64,000 nt of DNA. Origin: Planctomycetota bacterium (GTDB taxonomy: Bacteria; Planctomycetota; GCA-002687715; CAIWVZ01). The position numbers were made by a program, and so were the translations under genes. The stretch's first letter is position 1, and each line of letters starts with the position of its first letter. The stretch covers positions 2,144,001 through 2,208,000 of the forward strand of contig JBGANV010000001.1 in assembly GCA_044222185.1 (NCBI GenBank), read 5' to 3'. The notes beneath the pieces were generated by a model that made no database searches, was not told the DNA's origin, and was given only the letters and a program-made list of their open reading frames with translations. This document shows positions 18,735-29,274 of the stretch, in pieces.

Positions 18735-20201
18735 TCAGCGGACCGCGAGCCGTGCGCTTTCGATTTCGAGGAGGACCTCCTCGCTGACGTCACCCGTCGG
18801 GTACTTGCCCGTGAAGCACGCGTTGCAGAAGTGCTCGAACGTGGCCTGACCCTCACGAACCGCGGCATTCATGTCCGAAACGGTCTGGTAGAAGACCGCG
18901 TCCGCCCCAAGGGCCTTCGCGATCTCCTCGTTGTTGCGTTCACGCGCCATGAGCTCCTGGCGGGTCGACATGTCGATGCCGTACACGCACGGGAACTTGA
19001 TCGGCGCCGAATAGGACGCGAGGTAGATGCGCCGCGCGCCAGACTTGCGGGCCATGGAGACGAGCTCGCGCGACGTGTTCCCTCGCACGATGGAGTCGTC
19101 GAGGATCAGGACGTCCTTGCCCTCGAACTCGAGCTTGATGGCGTTCAGCTTGTGCCGAAGGCTCCGCTTGCGCTCGAGCTGCCCGGGCATGATGAACGTG
19201 CGACCGATGTAGCGGTTCTTGACGAATCCCTCGCGGTAGGGAACGCCGAGTTTCGCCGCGAGACCCGTGGCCGCGGCGCGCGCCGAGTCGGGAACGGGGA
19301 TCACCGCGTCGATTCTCAGCCCGCTGGCCACGATCTGGTTCGCGAGGGCCTCGCCCAGTCGGACGTGCGTGCGATAGACGCTCACCTTGTCGATCAGGGA
19401 GTCGGGCCGCGCGAAGTAGATCCACTCGAAGACGCACGGGTGGTGGTTGGGAGTCGCCATCATGCGGCTGTGCACTTCTCCCGCATCCGTGATGTAGACC
19501 ACCTCGCCCGGCTGGATGTCGCGCGTGACCGTGTAGCCCATGAGGTCCAGGGAGACGCTCTCGGATGCGACGCACCACGACGCCTTGCCTGACGGCTCGA
19601 CCCGCGTGCCCATGATCGCCGGCTTGATGCCGAAGGGGTCGCGGAAGGCGACGAGGCCCTGGCCCGCGATGTAGCCGACTGCGGAGTACGCACCCTTGAT
19701 GTCCCGAAACACGCGGGCCACCGAGTTGAAGATGACCTCCGGCGACAGCGCCTGCCCCATCCCGCCCTTGCCGATCTGGAGCTCGAGCTCGTCGGCGAAC
19801 ACGTTCAGGATGACTTCGCAGTCGCATTCGCTGTCGATGTAGCGCCGGTGGGTCCGGGCGAGCTGCTCCTTCACCTGGCGGAAGTTCGTGATGTTCCCGT
19901 TGTGGGCCATCGCGATTCCCAGCGGCGCGGTGACGATGAACGGCTGCGCGTCCTCGGCAGTCCCGTTGCCAACCGTCGGATAGCGGACGTGCCCCACGCC
20001 GACGGTTCCACGAAGTCGGTCCATGTTCTTCTGGCGGAACACGTCCCGGACGAGGCCGTCACCCTTCTTCAGGTGGAAGCGCTGATCGAAGGTGGCGATT
20101 CCGGCCGCGTCCTGACCGCGATGCTGGAGCGCCAGAAGACCGTCATAGAGTGCTGAAACCGCCGGGTCGTCCCGGCCGATGATGCCGATGAATCCGCACA
20201 T
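18735..20201 (-). CDS. purF: Amidophosphoribosyltransferase
   Basis: N-terminal MCG, LQHRGQD, GHVRYPT, HNGN, CVFEWIYFARPDS, DDSIVRGNT and YGIDM. Confidence 0.97.
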   Translation of the reverse strand: MCGFIGIIGRDDPAVSALYDGLLALQHRGQDAAGIATFDQRFHLKKGDGLVRDVFRQKNMDRLRGTVGVGHVRYPTVGNGTAEDAQPFIVTAPLGIAMAHNGNITNFRQVKEQLARTHRRYIDSECDCEVILNVFADELELQIGKGGMGQALSPEVIFNSVARVFRDIKGAYSAVGYIAGQGLVAFRDPFGIKPAIMGTRVEPSGKASWCVASESVSLDLMGYTVTRDIQPGEVVYITDAGEVHSRMMATPNHHPCVFEWIYFARPDSLIDKVSVYRTHVRLGEALANQIVASGLRIDAVIPVPDSARAAATGLAAKLGVPYREGFVKNRYIGRTFIMPGQLERKRSLRHKLNAIKLEFEGKDVLILDDSIVRGNTSRELVSMARKSGARRIYLASYSAPIKFPCVYGIDMSTRQELMARERNNEEIAKALGADAVFYQTVSDMNAAVREGQATFEHFCNACFTGKYPTGDVSEEVLLEIESARLAVR

Positions 20202-20282
20202 TCTTTGAGCCTCGCCGCCGACTGGAGGTCGCGCGGCGGAACGTAGCACCCTGAACCTGGAACCGGAAGAAGTCCGAGGGCG

Positions 20283-23200
20283 TCAGCCATCGAGCTTCTT
20301 CAGCACGATCTGCCGTTGCTCGGCCGCATCGATCTCCTTCAGATTCCGTGCGAGCTTCGGAAAGTCGGATGCGGGGATGTTCGCGGGCTCGAGCGCAACG
20401 ATCCGCTGCAGCGTGATCTTGCGTCCATCCAACGACCTGCGCAGCGAGAAAGAGCCGAGCGGTCCCCGCGTGACGAATCCCTCGGGGAACTCGCCCACGG
20501 TCCACGACGGCGCGAGCGTCACGTGCGCCGTCTGATCGAGGACCTCGTAGTTGTGGAACCACAGCGGGTGCTTGCGTTCCGAGCGGTCCACGAACGACTT
20601 CGACAGGTTCATGGGGATGAGCGGCGACTGGAGCGCCACCTGGTCTCCCTTCTTGCGCAGAAGCTTCGAGAGCTGGAGCTCGACGCTGAACTCCAACGGT
20701 TCGTTGCGGTCGGCGCCATTGCGCACCTCGACGGGGGACGTGGGTTTGGCGCTGAAACGGCCGAGCTCGCGCACCATCAGCATGAGGGCCACCTCTTCCA
20801 CCTTCTTCTTCTCCATCCGCTCGAGCATGTCCTTCAGCTGAGAGGCCTCGACGCCGTGGAGCTTCATCGAGATCCGGCCACGCGCGATCCCGGCGTCGTC
20901 GAGCTCGAGGTCGAGCGTGGACTCAACGCCCCCGGCCTCGCGGATCGGAGCGGCCGGTGTCCGGTCGATCCACCCACCCTCTCGGGAGCAGACGAACACC
21001 GGAGCATCGGTGAGCGCAAACGGAATGCTTCCGAACGGGGCCCAGCGAAGTGCCGTGATGACGTAGATCGGTTGACCCATCGCCGGCTGGATCCTGACGA
21101 GAGGCGAATCGAACAGGGCCTGACTGACGGCCGACCAATCGATGGGTGCCGACATGCGCTCCTGCGTCCTCCCCATGGCGAGTTGGTACGGCACGTCGAC
21201 GGCGCGGAGCATCGCCATGTACAGGCCGAAGCGATCCCCGCTCTTCTCGATCAGCGTCTCCGTCGGGCGACCGCGCCCCTCCTCGGACGGGATCGTGTCC
21301 ATGATCCAGTCGTAGAGCTTGCGGGCACACTTCACGGGATCCTGCTCGTCGCCGACGACCTTGCGGGCAGCGTCCACGATGGGTGGCGTCGGGCGCGAGA
21401 CCGACTCCCATTCGTCGAGCCAGCGTCGGTTGATGCGATCCCAGGCGTCGGGCCGCCGGAACTCCACGTACGGCGCGATCTCGCTCGGGTCGGGCATCAA
21501 CGGCTCCTGGACGAGGCGCGGCACCCGCTCGAGTGAGAAGTCGTAGACGATGTCGTCCCCGCGCTCCTCGCGCTTCCACTTCCCCGGGAACCGCAGCACG
21601 CGGGGTTCGAGGCCCAGCTTCTTCGGCACGATCACCACGTAGCGCGTGTAGTGGTACGGCTCGACGAGCTGGGTGTCCTGGAAGTAGAAGCCTCCAAAAT
21701 CTTCCGGACGCCCGGGCTGGCGCTCGTGGAACGTGCGCACGTGTTTCTCGACGACGACACCGGGCTCGAGCCCGGCCATCTCGAATGCACCGCGGTTCAC
21801 CGAGTTCGGAACGAGGCGCGTTCCATCGGGCTTGATGGTCTGGACGGCGATGATCTCGCCCGTGGCTTCGATGGTTCCGAGCTGGTCCTTGCCGCGCGGG
21901 TCCTGAAGCCGGCGGAGCTGGTGGACCTCCTGCACGAAGGTTCCATCTTCGCGCACGCGGACGATCATCTGATCCAGGAGCAGGGCGACCGCCGAGTCGG
22001 AATAGGCGTCGATGCCCGGCACGGTCTTCAGGAACTCCTTGGTGTCGACGCCGTACTCCTTGAACCAATCGGGCTCAGTCCGTTTCGCGAGCTCGATCTC
22101 AGCACGCACATGGCGGAGGTTGGGGTCGCGGGCCAGTTCCTGCTTCCAGAAGCCGAGCGCCTCGTCGAGCCTCCCTGCGAGCTTCGCCCGCTGCGCGAGG
22201 AGGTCCAGCGCGGAGGTCTCGAAGGGAAAGTCGGCGACGATGCCTTCGAGGACCTGGCGGGAACCCGGTCGGTCCGATTGCTCGAGGCGAAGTGTGGCCA
22301 GATCGTGTCTGAAGGTCGCCGTCCGGGGGAACGCACGGATCAGGAATGAAAGCTCGCGCTCGGCACCGGCGAAGTCCCGCCTGGCGATGAGACGGCGAGC
22401 GAGCCGCGTCCGCACGTCGGCGTTCGACGCGTCGAGCGCGAGCACGCGCCGCATGAGCGCCACCGCGCCGTCGACGTCGCCGCGACTCTCGAGGATCCGC
22501 ATGCGGCTCTCGATGGCGGCAATCGCGCCCGGGTAGTGCGCGAGCATGGCGTCGACCGACCGCTCATGATCGACGTCGAAGCCGAGCCGGCGCAGGATCG
22601 CAGCCTCGGCCGTGCGGAGGAGCGCCGACTTGGGCGCGACCTTCAATGCCGCCGCGATGAGCTCGAGGCCAGCCTCTCCCCGGTCGTTCTCGGCCTCCTG
22701 ATCCGCGAGCACGGCGGTCGCGAAGGGCCATGTGTTCTCCGGCGCCAGCACGCTCTGGGCCACCTTGAGCGTCCGCGCTCGCCGCGCCGTCTCCGGGAGC
22801 TCGTCCGCATTGGAGAGGACGTCGAGCGCGAGGAACGCCTCGGCAGGCGTGAGGTCGGTGGCATCGACCGCGGAATCGACGCGCGCCAGGGCTTGCATGG
22901 GCAGCCCGCGTCGGGAAAGCAGCGCCGCATGGAGCAGCGCCCGCAGGCGATTCTGCGAGGGTGGAAATCGGCGCCGCGCGTCCGTGAGCTCGTACGAGCC
23001 GCCGGACTTCGGAGGGGCAAGCGGCGCCTCGGGCTCGTGCAGCACGCCACCCGTCTCCACGAGGATGCCATCCCTCGCGGACGACGGAGCCAGCGCGAGC
23101 GGCCCGTCGTTCTGGTCGCGCAACTCGAGCGAGAACCCGTCCGCGTCGCGACTCGCGAGCTTGACGAGAATCCGGTGCCAGCCACGTGCCAGCGGCAAGG

Positions 23201-23948
23201 CGGTCTCCACGCCGTTGCCACGGAACTCCCGTGCGCGATCCAGGACGATCACCGAGCGGCCATCGACGAAGACCTCCGCGCTTCCCGGCGTGTGAAACGA
23301 GAGGCTCACGGCCCGGTCCTCCGGGATGCGGATCTGTGCCAGGGCGTAGGTGACGCCGGGAGCGGACTTCAGCACGTCGAGCGGCCGAATTTGCGAGTCG
23401 AGGGGCGCCTCGGTGTACGGCGTCCAGTGAACCTTGCCGTCCGTTCCATCGAGGACCTCGTCGAAGGCGATGCGCCGCTCGGGCGGAAACGGAATGCCGA
23501 GGAAGTTGTCTCCCTCGAAACCAAGAGGCCCGACCACCATCCAATCGCGGACGACGCCGTCGCGGCCTGCGGTGCGCTCGAGCCCGACGAGGTCCCCCGC
23601 CCGGCGCAGAGACTCGCGGCGATAGCTCGCTGCCAGTCCGCGTCGCCAGGCCGGCGGCTCGCCCTGCCCCGAGGCTTCGGAGTCCAGTCGGTCGAGCCAG
23701 GCGTCCGTCGGCGGAACGACGTTCGTGAGCCCGAGCCACGTATCACCGGCGAAGACTCCGAGCGACGGATCCGTGGTCGTCGTCATGATCTCGAACGTCA
23801 GCGCGGCGACGCGCTCCGTGTCGGTCGATTCGGCGATCATCCGGTCGAGCGCGGCCTTCAACGCCGCGTCGGCATCGAGCGAGGTCTGCGCGACGGCGCC
23901 GGCCGTGATCCAACCGCAGATCGCGAACACGAGGTGGTGGCGTTTCAT
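20283..23948 (-). CDS. Secreted TPR + DUF3857 + degenerate transglutaminase-like protein
   Basis: Signal peptide, W-x-V-x-GP beta-domain, TPR helices, DUF3857-like region. The transglutaminase position lacks Cys (KSGDRFGLYMAML). Confidence 0.7.
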   Translation of the reverse strand: MKRHHLVFAICGWITAGAVAQTSLDADAALKAALDRMIAESTDTERVAALTFEIMTTTTDPSLGVFAGDTWLGLTNVVPPTDAWLDRLDSEASGQGEPPAWRRGLAASYRRESLRRAGDLVGLERTAGRDGVVRDWMVVGPLGFEGDNFLGIPFPPERRIAFDEVLDGTDGKVHWTPYTEAPLDSQIRPLDVLKSAPGVTYALAQIRIPEDRAVSLSFHTPGSAEVFVDGRSVIVLDRAREFRGNGVETALPLARGWHRILVKLASRDADGFSLELRDQNDGPLALAPSSARDGILVETGGVLHEPEAPLAPPKSGGSYELTDARRRFPPSQNRLRALLHAALLSRRGLPMQALARVDSAVDATDLTPAEAFLALDVLSNADELPETARRARTLKVAQSVLAPENTWPFATAVLADQEAENDRGEAGLELIAAALKVAPKSALLRTAEAAILRRLGFDVDHERSVDAMLAHYPGAIAAIESRMRILESRGDVDGAVALMRRVLALDASNADVRTRLARRLIARRDFAGAERELSFLIRAFPRTATFRHDLATLRLEQSDRPGSRQVLEGIVADFPFETSALDLLAQRAKLAGRLDEALGFWKQELARDPNLRHVRAEIELAKRTEPDWFKEYGVDTKEFLKTVPGIDAYSDSAVALLLDQMIVRVREDGTFVQEVHQLRRLQDPRGKDQLGTIEATGEIIAVQTIKPDGTRLVPNSVNRGAFEMAGLEPGVVVEKHVRTFHERQPGRPEDFGGFYFQDTQLVEPYHYTRYVVIVPKKLGLEPRVLRFPGKWKREERGDDIVYDFSLERVPRLVQEPLMPDPSEIAPYVEFRRPDAWDRINRRWLDEWESVSRPTPPIVDAARKVVGDEQDPVKCARKLYDWIMDTIPSEEGRGRPTETLIEKSGDRFGLYMAMLRAVDVPYQLAMGRTQERMSAPIDWSAVSQALFDSPLVRIQPAMGQPIYVITALRWAPFGSIPFALTDAPVFVCSREGGWIDRTPAAPIREAGGVESTLDLELDDAGIARGRISMKLHGVEASQLKDMLERMEKKKVEEVALMLMVRELGRFSAKPTSPVEVRNGADRNEPLEFSVELQLSKLLRKKGDQVALQSPLIPMNLSKSFVDRSERKHPLWFHNYEVLDQTAHVTLAPSWTVGEFPEGFVTRGPLGSFSLRRSLDGRKITLQRIVALEPANIPASDFPKLARNLKEIDAAEQRQIVLKKLDG

Positions 23949-26900
23949 CAGCGGGACTCCTCGATCGTGGCGGTCTCCAGATCGGCGGCGGCCACCTGGG
24001 CGACGAATTGCTTGAACGCGCCGTAGTCGGAGGCCTTGACGCGGGATTGCTTCAGGATCAGCAGGCGGTGGAAGACGATCTTCCCGTCGGTCGCCTCACG
24101 CTTGAGCTCGTACCGCGCGAACGGCTGGTCGAGAACGACGTCCGCCGGGACCTCGGCCGCCCGCATCTTCGGGGGAAGCGTCACCGTGCAGGTCGTGGCC
24201 ACCTTGCTCGGCGCGCCGAGAAGGATGTCGAAGCGACGCGTCTCGGTGACGGTGATGCTCGTCCAATCCAGGGGCGGCCACAGAGGCTTCAAGCGCGCAC
24301 GCGCGCCGTCGCGCGTCAGAGCGTCTGCGACTTCGAACCGATACGCCATCGAGACCGGCACGGAGAGGTCGTCGAGCTTCGAGAACGCGATCTTGCCGAA
24401 CTCGCCCTGCCCGAAGCGACGATTGACGCCCGCGGTCAACTGTTCCTTGCGGTCTGCCTCGTTCACGTACGTCGCCCGGATCTGCACGGCATGGTGTCCG
24501 CGAGCGGTCGCCGAATAGTCGACGGATCCCGCGCCGTCCTTGCGCAGCGCGACGTCGACGGTTTCGTCCTGACCGTTCTCCTCCGGCGTCGCCGTGGGGA
24601 TCTGCTGGGGGTCGGCGTGTCCGTCGCGCACGACGATGACCTTCGCGCCGCGGTCGCCGTCGGGGCAATCATCCGCCGAGTGGTACTCGGCCGTCCCGTC
24701 GAGGAACTGGTAGGACTTCCCGTCCTCGCTGGGCACGGCCGCGATGCAGTGGTTGAAGTGCTCCACGAGGGGAAGCGTGAGGTCTTCCTCCGGACGCTGA
24801 TCGTCGAGGCGGATCAGCACGGGGTACGCCGCGATGCCGGCGTCCTCGAGCAGGGCGCTGATCAGCAGGGCCTTGTCCTTGCAGTCGCCGAAGCGCCGAT
24901 CGAAGATCGCCGACGTGCGATAAGGCTTGTAACCGTGCACGCCGAACTCCCAGGCGACGTACCGCACGTCGCTGACGACGAAGTCGTAGATCGCGCGGAT
25001 CTTCTCCTGGCGCGAGCCCGCGGCCGCGAGCTTCTCCCGGAAGTGGGCGCGCATGGCGTCGGTGACGTCGTACTGCTCCTTCACGAGGTTCCACCACCAG
25101 CCCGCCAGTTCGTCCCACGTGCCATACGTCGACACCTGCACTTCCGGCAGGATCTCGCGAGGGTCCGGCATGGCCACCTCGGGAGTGATCGGTTTCAAGT
25201 TCGCGAGAACGTAGCGGCGCCCCTCGAACCCATCGAGGAACGCCGGGAGGGTGACGAGCTCTGGCTCGATCGTCGTGTTGCGGACGTGCGTGTGGAACGT
25301 GCGCGCTTTCGGCAGGATCAACAGGAGCTCGGAGCGAAGCACTTCCTCGAGCTTCGCGTCCTGGAAGTCGTGAACGTACCCGAAGTAGTTCCCGAAGAAG
25401 CTCTGCCGGAGGTCGTCCACGCGCCAGGCCCACTCGACCACGTCTCCGGGTTGCAACGTCGGGAACTTCGCACCGAACCCACCGAGGCGGTCGGCTTCGA
25501 CGGGCGCGGCTCCACCCCGGAACAGGCGCGCGACCTTGAAGCGCGCGCGCTGCTCGCTGCGGTCGAACCGAGCGCGCGCGACGCCGAGGGCTTCTGCGCC
25601 GTTCTGGTTCAGGACCTGGGCGATGACGTGGCGGTATTCGCCGGACGTGCCGTCGGCATTGACGCGCACGATCACCCGTTGCTGGAGCACCCGGTACGAC
25701 CGGTTGTCGGGATTCGCCTTCCAATCCGGCGCCGCCCGGACGACCGCATCCGCGTCCACGGCCCACGCGTCCTCGAACGACTTCTCGTGGCCCGACATCC
25801 AACCCTCGAGTCGCCGAAGCTTCGCGTTGCCCGGCTCGATCTGCAGCGCGTGCTCCACGGACTCGAGCGCCTTCGCCCGATCCCCCAGCCTGTCAGCGAC
25901 GAGCGTCAGGCGGCGAAGCGCCTCAACGTTGTCCGGATTCAGTTCGAGCTGCGCCTCCAGTTCCGCGCGCGCACCCGCGGTGTCGCCCCGGCCGTCGAGC
26001 ACGGATGCCACGGCCTGGCGGAACTCCGGATTCGTGGGATCGAGCACCTGTCGCGCTCGCGCGAGCTTCAACGCTCCATCATGATCTCCCGCGTCGATGC
26101 GCAGACGGATCGCCGCCGCCAGCAGCGAGGGATCGCCCGGGTGGTGCGCCCGTGCCGCATCCAGGACCGCCTGCGCCTCGCCGATTCGGTGACGGCGGAT
26201 GAGGAAGTCGGCAAACAGGCTCGCCTCGCGCGTCGCGCCCACCTCGACGGCGTGGCGCAGCGTCGCTTCCACGTCCGCGACGAACCCACGCGACTCGAGC
26301 ACCTGGGCCTTCAGTGCGAGGGCCGATGGCGCATCCGGATTTGCCGCGAGCGCTGCGTCCAAGTGCGACTCCGCGACCGCCACGTGGCGCAGCTCTTCGA
26401 AGAACGTGCGCGCGAGCTCCACGCGGACCGGGACCCGCCCCGGGTCCGCTGCGGCGGCGGCCTCCAGCGCCGCGATCCGTTCGTTGTCTTCCTTCTCGGC
26501 CGCGACGAGCACGGTGCGGCGCAGGGCCTGGGCGTGCAGCTCGCGGGTGCGCGCGTCGTCCGGCTCGAGGGCGAGCGCCCGGGCGGTGAACGACTTGGTC
26601 ATGGGGTGCGCCTGGTCATCGAGCCGCAGGAGGAGGCGCAGCGAAGCCCAGCGCAACAGATCATCGTGAGTGGCCTTTTCGCTTTCGGCTGCTGCGCGAG
26701 CGCGATGCAGCGCGTCGGTCGCGGCTGCCGGCGACGTGGGGCGTTGAACCGGACGCGAGGCTCGGGAATCGGCCCCTGGGTTCGCGGATGGGAACGCCGA
26801 CGCATCCGACTCGATGCGCGCCCAATCGGGGCACGGGCCGCCGTCCTCGGCAGCGACGCGGATCGCAAGCTGAAGCGCCCCGTTCGTCACGCCGGTCTTC

Positions 26901-27688
26901 ACGAGGAGGATGTTCGGACCCGCCACGAGGTCGCAGGAAACGTGCTCCTGGTCCGCGACGGCGTCGCGGCGGAACTCGCCCGCATACAAGAGGCTGCCGT
27001 TCATCCAAACCTTCGTGGCGCCACTCGCCCCCAGTCCGATCGCCGCGCGTCCCGCGCGCTCGGCTCGGATGACGCACGCCAAATAGGCGAGACACTGCTC
27101 GCGCGGCGTCAGGGCATCCGCCACGTCCACGATCCCCGTCGGTGACGATGCGCGGAACGAGCGCCACGCGACGGAGCGGTCCTTGCCCTTGAAGGTCTGG
27201 TCGAGTTTCGGCGGTCCGTCCTCGGGCGGCAACGCGGGAGCGAACCCCGCACCGCGCTCGTTGTCGAACGGACCGACGAGAAGGAACCGGTCGATGAACC
27301 CGTTGCGGCGCGACAGCTCCAGGGCTTCCTGCACGCGGCCCAGATTCGCGAGGGCGCGCTGGCGCTCGACGGCGATCCTCGCGGCCAGCCAGCCGTTCGC
27401 ATGCGCGCCGTCCAGCACCGCGAGGAACGCGGGAATGTCGTAGGCCGCGTACTGCGCAGTCCGCAGGAGCGCGATCTCGGCAGCGATCTCCTCGTCGCCT
27501 TCCGGGGCACGTTTGCACCGCCGGGTGAGCTCCGCGCAACCGGCCATGAGTGCACCGCGAAGATCGCCGCGGGCTGACGCAGCATCCAACGTCGAGGCGG
27601 GCGCTGACGCCGGCTGCTGCGCGGGAACGAGTACGGAAAGAGCCACTGCAACGGCGCCGCAGCGCGCCGACCATCGTCGCATGAGCAT
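23948..27688 (-). CDS. Secreted TPR + DUF3857 + transglutaminase-like protein (intact triad)
   Basis: Signal peptide, GPFDNE domain, TPRs, VRYVAWEFG, GDCKDKA, FNHCI and LDGT. Its stop overlaps the next gene's start. Confidence 0.82.
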   Translation of the reverse strand: MLMRRWSARCGAVAVALSVLVPAQQPASAPASTLDAASARGDLRGALMAGCAELTRRCKRAPEGDEEIAAEIALLRTAQYAAYDIPAFLAVLDGAHANGWLAARIAVERQRALANLGRVQEALELSRRNGFIDRFLLVGPFDNERGAGFAPALPPEDGPPKLDQTFKGKDRSVAWRSFRASSPTGIVDVADALTPREQCLAYLACVIRAERAGRAAIGLGASGATKVWMNGSLLYAGEFRRDAVADQEHVSCDLVAGPNILLVKTGVTNGALQLAIRVAAEDGGPCPDWARIESDASAFPSANPGADSRASRPVQRPTSPAAATDALHRARAAAESEKATHDDLLRWASLRLLLRLDDQAHPMTKSFTARALALEPDDARTRELHAQALRRTVLVAAEKEDNERIAALEAAAAADPGRVPVRVELARTFFEELRHVAVAESHLDAALAANPDAPSALALKAQVLESRGFVADVEATLRHAVEVGATREASLFADFLIRRHRIGEAQAVLDAARAHHPGDPSLLAAAIRLRIDAGDHDGALKLARARQVLDPTNPEFRQAVASVLDGRGDTAGARAELEAQLELNPDNVEALRRLTLVADRLGDRAKALESVEHALQIEPGNAKLRRLEGWMSGHEKSFEDAWAVDADAVVRAAPDWKANPDNRSYRVLQQRVIVRVNADGTSGEYRHVIAQVLNQNGAEALGVARARFDRSEQRARFKVARLFRGGAAPVEADRLGGFGAKFPTLQPGDVVEWAWRVDDLRQSFFGNYFGYVHDFQDAKLEEVLRSELLLILPKARTFHTHVRNTTIEPELVTLPAFLDGFEGRRYVLANLKPITPEVAMPDPREILPEVQVSTYGTWDELAGWWWNLVKEQYDVTDAMRAHFREKLAAAGSRQEKIRAIYDFVVSDVRYVAWEFGVHGYKPYRTSAIFDRRFGDCKDKALLISALLEDAGIAAYPVLIRLDDQRPEEDLTLPLVEHFNHCIAAVPSEDGKSYQFLDGTAEYHSADDCPDGDRGAKVIVVRDGHADPQQIPTATPEENGQDETVDVALRKDGAGSVDYSATARGHHAVQIRATYVNEADRKEQLTAGVNRRFGQGEFGKIAFSKLDDLSVPVSMAYRFEVADALTRDGARARLKPLWPPLDWTSITVTETRRFDILLGAPSKVATTCTVTLPPKMRAAEVPADVVLDQPFARYELKREATDGKIVFHRLLILKQSRVKASDYGAFKQFVAQVAAADLETATIEESR

Positions 27689-27755
27689 AAGGCGGGGATT
27701 GTATGAAAACCCCGACGCCATTCCGCGGCGGCGCCAGAAGACGGCGCGCCGAGAG

Positions 27756-29045
27756 TCACTGGGCGATGAGGTCGATGACGCTCTGCAGGGCGAGAGCGTC
27801 GACGAATCCGCCGTTTCCGCCCGTCATCCGCGCCGATCCGGTGACGGTGCGGTTGCGGGCCACCGCCGGTGACGCGAGCGCTGATGCGACTTCCGCCGCA
27901 TCCGGCGACCGCTCGCGGAAGCGATCGATCAGGCGCAGCACGTCGGGTGCGACGGAGCGCTTCGAACGGCCCAGGAGGCCGAGCGCGAGCATTGCGTAGG
28001 CCGGGTCGCCGGTGTCGCTCTCGAAGTTGCGATCGATGAGGTCCAGGCTGCGTGGGTCGGCGCGGCCCGCGAGCGAGATGAGGCTCATCACTCGCGTCGT
28101 GGCGTCACGCCCGTCCCGCGCCGCATCGGACAACGCTGGACCGATGGGGTCGTCGGGCTCCGGTGCCACGAGCCAGGCCGAACCCGCGACGCCGCGCCCC
28201 GCGCCTTTCGGGTCCGTCGCGAGGAGCGCTGCGAACGTCTGGCGCCCGTCGCGGAGCCCGCCGATCACTCGCCCCATGCCCACGGCCGCCGCCTCTCGCG
28301 CCGCGGTGCCTCCGCGCCCGTCGCGCAGATAGCGGAGGAAGAGCGGTGCATCGCGATCCTGCGTGGACAGGCCGAGCGAAAGGAGGAGTGCCGCTTCCAC
28401 GGCATCCTCCCGCGCGGTTCCGTCGGTGAGCGCTCCGCGAACCGCGCCAGCAGCCGTCGCGTGCGTGACGAGACCGAGACCGAGCGACGCCGCGATGCGC
28501 TTTTGGATCGTGATCGGCGATTCGGCGGTGACCTTCCGCCCCGCGATGTCGTCCGCGACGACCGATTCGAGGATCGCGACCACGGATGGCTGGTTCGTCA
28601 TGCCGAGCGCGACGATGGCCGCCGCCCCGTGCTCGCCGGGAAGTGCCACGCGCGGAAGGAGGTCCCCGGCCGTCATGCCGGCTTCCACGTCGTTCGCACA
28701 CGCGATGGCGAACGACTCGGCGCTCATGCCGAGCCAGGTTGCGCGCATGGCGATCGCGCTGAAGCGGGAGTCTAGCCGGGGCGCAAGCGTGCGCGACCTG
28801 ACCGGTTCACGAAGGTCGATCAGGCGACGGTTGCGCCTCCACCACGTCTTCCACGAAGTGGTGGCTGGACGCTGCACCACCGTGGGCCGATCTTCGGGGC
28901 TGTTGCGCATCGACGCCGGCGTCGACAACGCGACCGACGAGGCGACCATCGCTTGAAGCGCGCCCGCATCCTGCGCCGAAGCGCACCAGGCGAGCGCCAG
29001 GGCGGCAAACGAAGCTCTGAGGATTTGTGGTCCCAATCCGGGCAT
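27756..29045 (-). CDS. Secreted HEAT/ARM-like helical repeat protein
   Basis: Signal peptide (ASA-Q), WKTWWRRN motif, repeated AxxxLG helices. Confidence 0.65.
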   Translation of the reverse strand: MPGLGPQILRASFAALALAWCASAQDAGALQAMVASSVALSTPASMRNSPEDRPTVVQRPATTSWKTWWRRNRRLIDLREPVRSRTLAPRLDSRFSAIAMRATWLGMSAESFAIACANDVEAGMTAGDLLPRVALPGEHGAAAIVALGMTNQPSVVAILESVVADDIAGRKVTAESPITIQKRIAASLGLGLVTHATAAGAVRGALTDGTAREDAVEAALLLSLGLSTQDRDAPLFLRYLRDGRGGTAAREAAAVGMGRVIGGLRDGRQTFAALLATDPKGAGRGVAGSAWLVAPEPDDPIGPALSDAARDGRDATTRVMSLISLAGRADPRSLDLIDRNFESDTGDPAYAMLALGLLGRSKRSVAPDVLRLIDRFRERSPDAAEVASALASPAVARNRTVTGSARMTGGNGGFVDALALQSVIDLIAQ

Positions 29046-29274
29046 GCGGCCCCTCTACGGGAGCCTTTCGGTCGAGCGCGTCGGGCGCCAGCAGGGATTT
29101 CGTGCGCACATAGCTCGGAAGTATGGGAGCAACTGGCGGACCCAAGTATTCCCGGCGAGCGACGCCGTTGTTTCGCAGGCATTTGCGACGGGTTCGCCGT
29201 CACGGCGTCGTCCAGGCATCGCGTGTCCGCACGACGAGCGAGCACAAACGAACACCGGCGGGGACACCAGGCCC

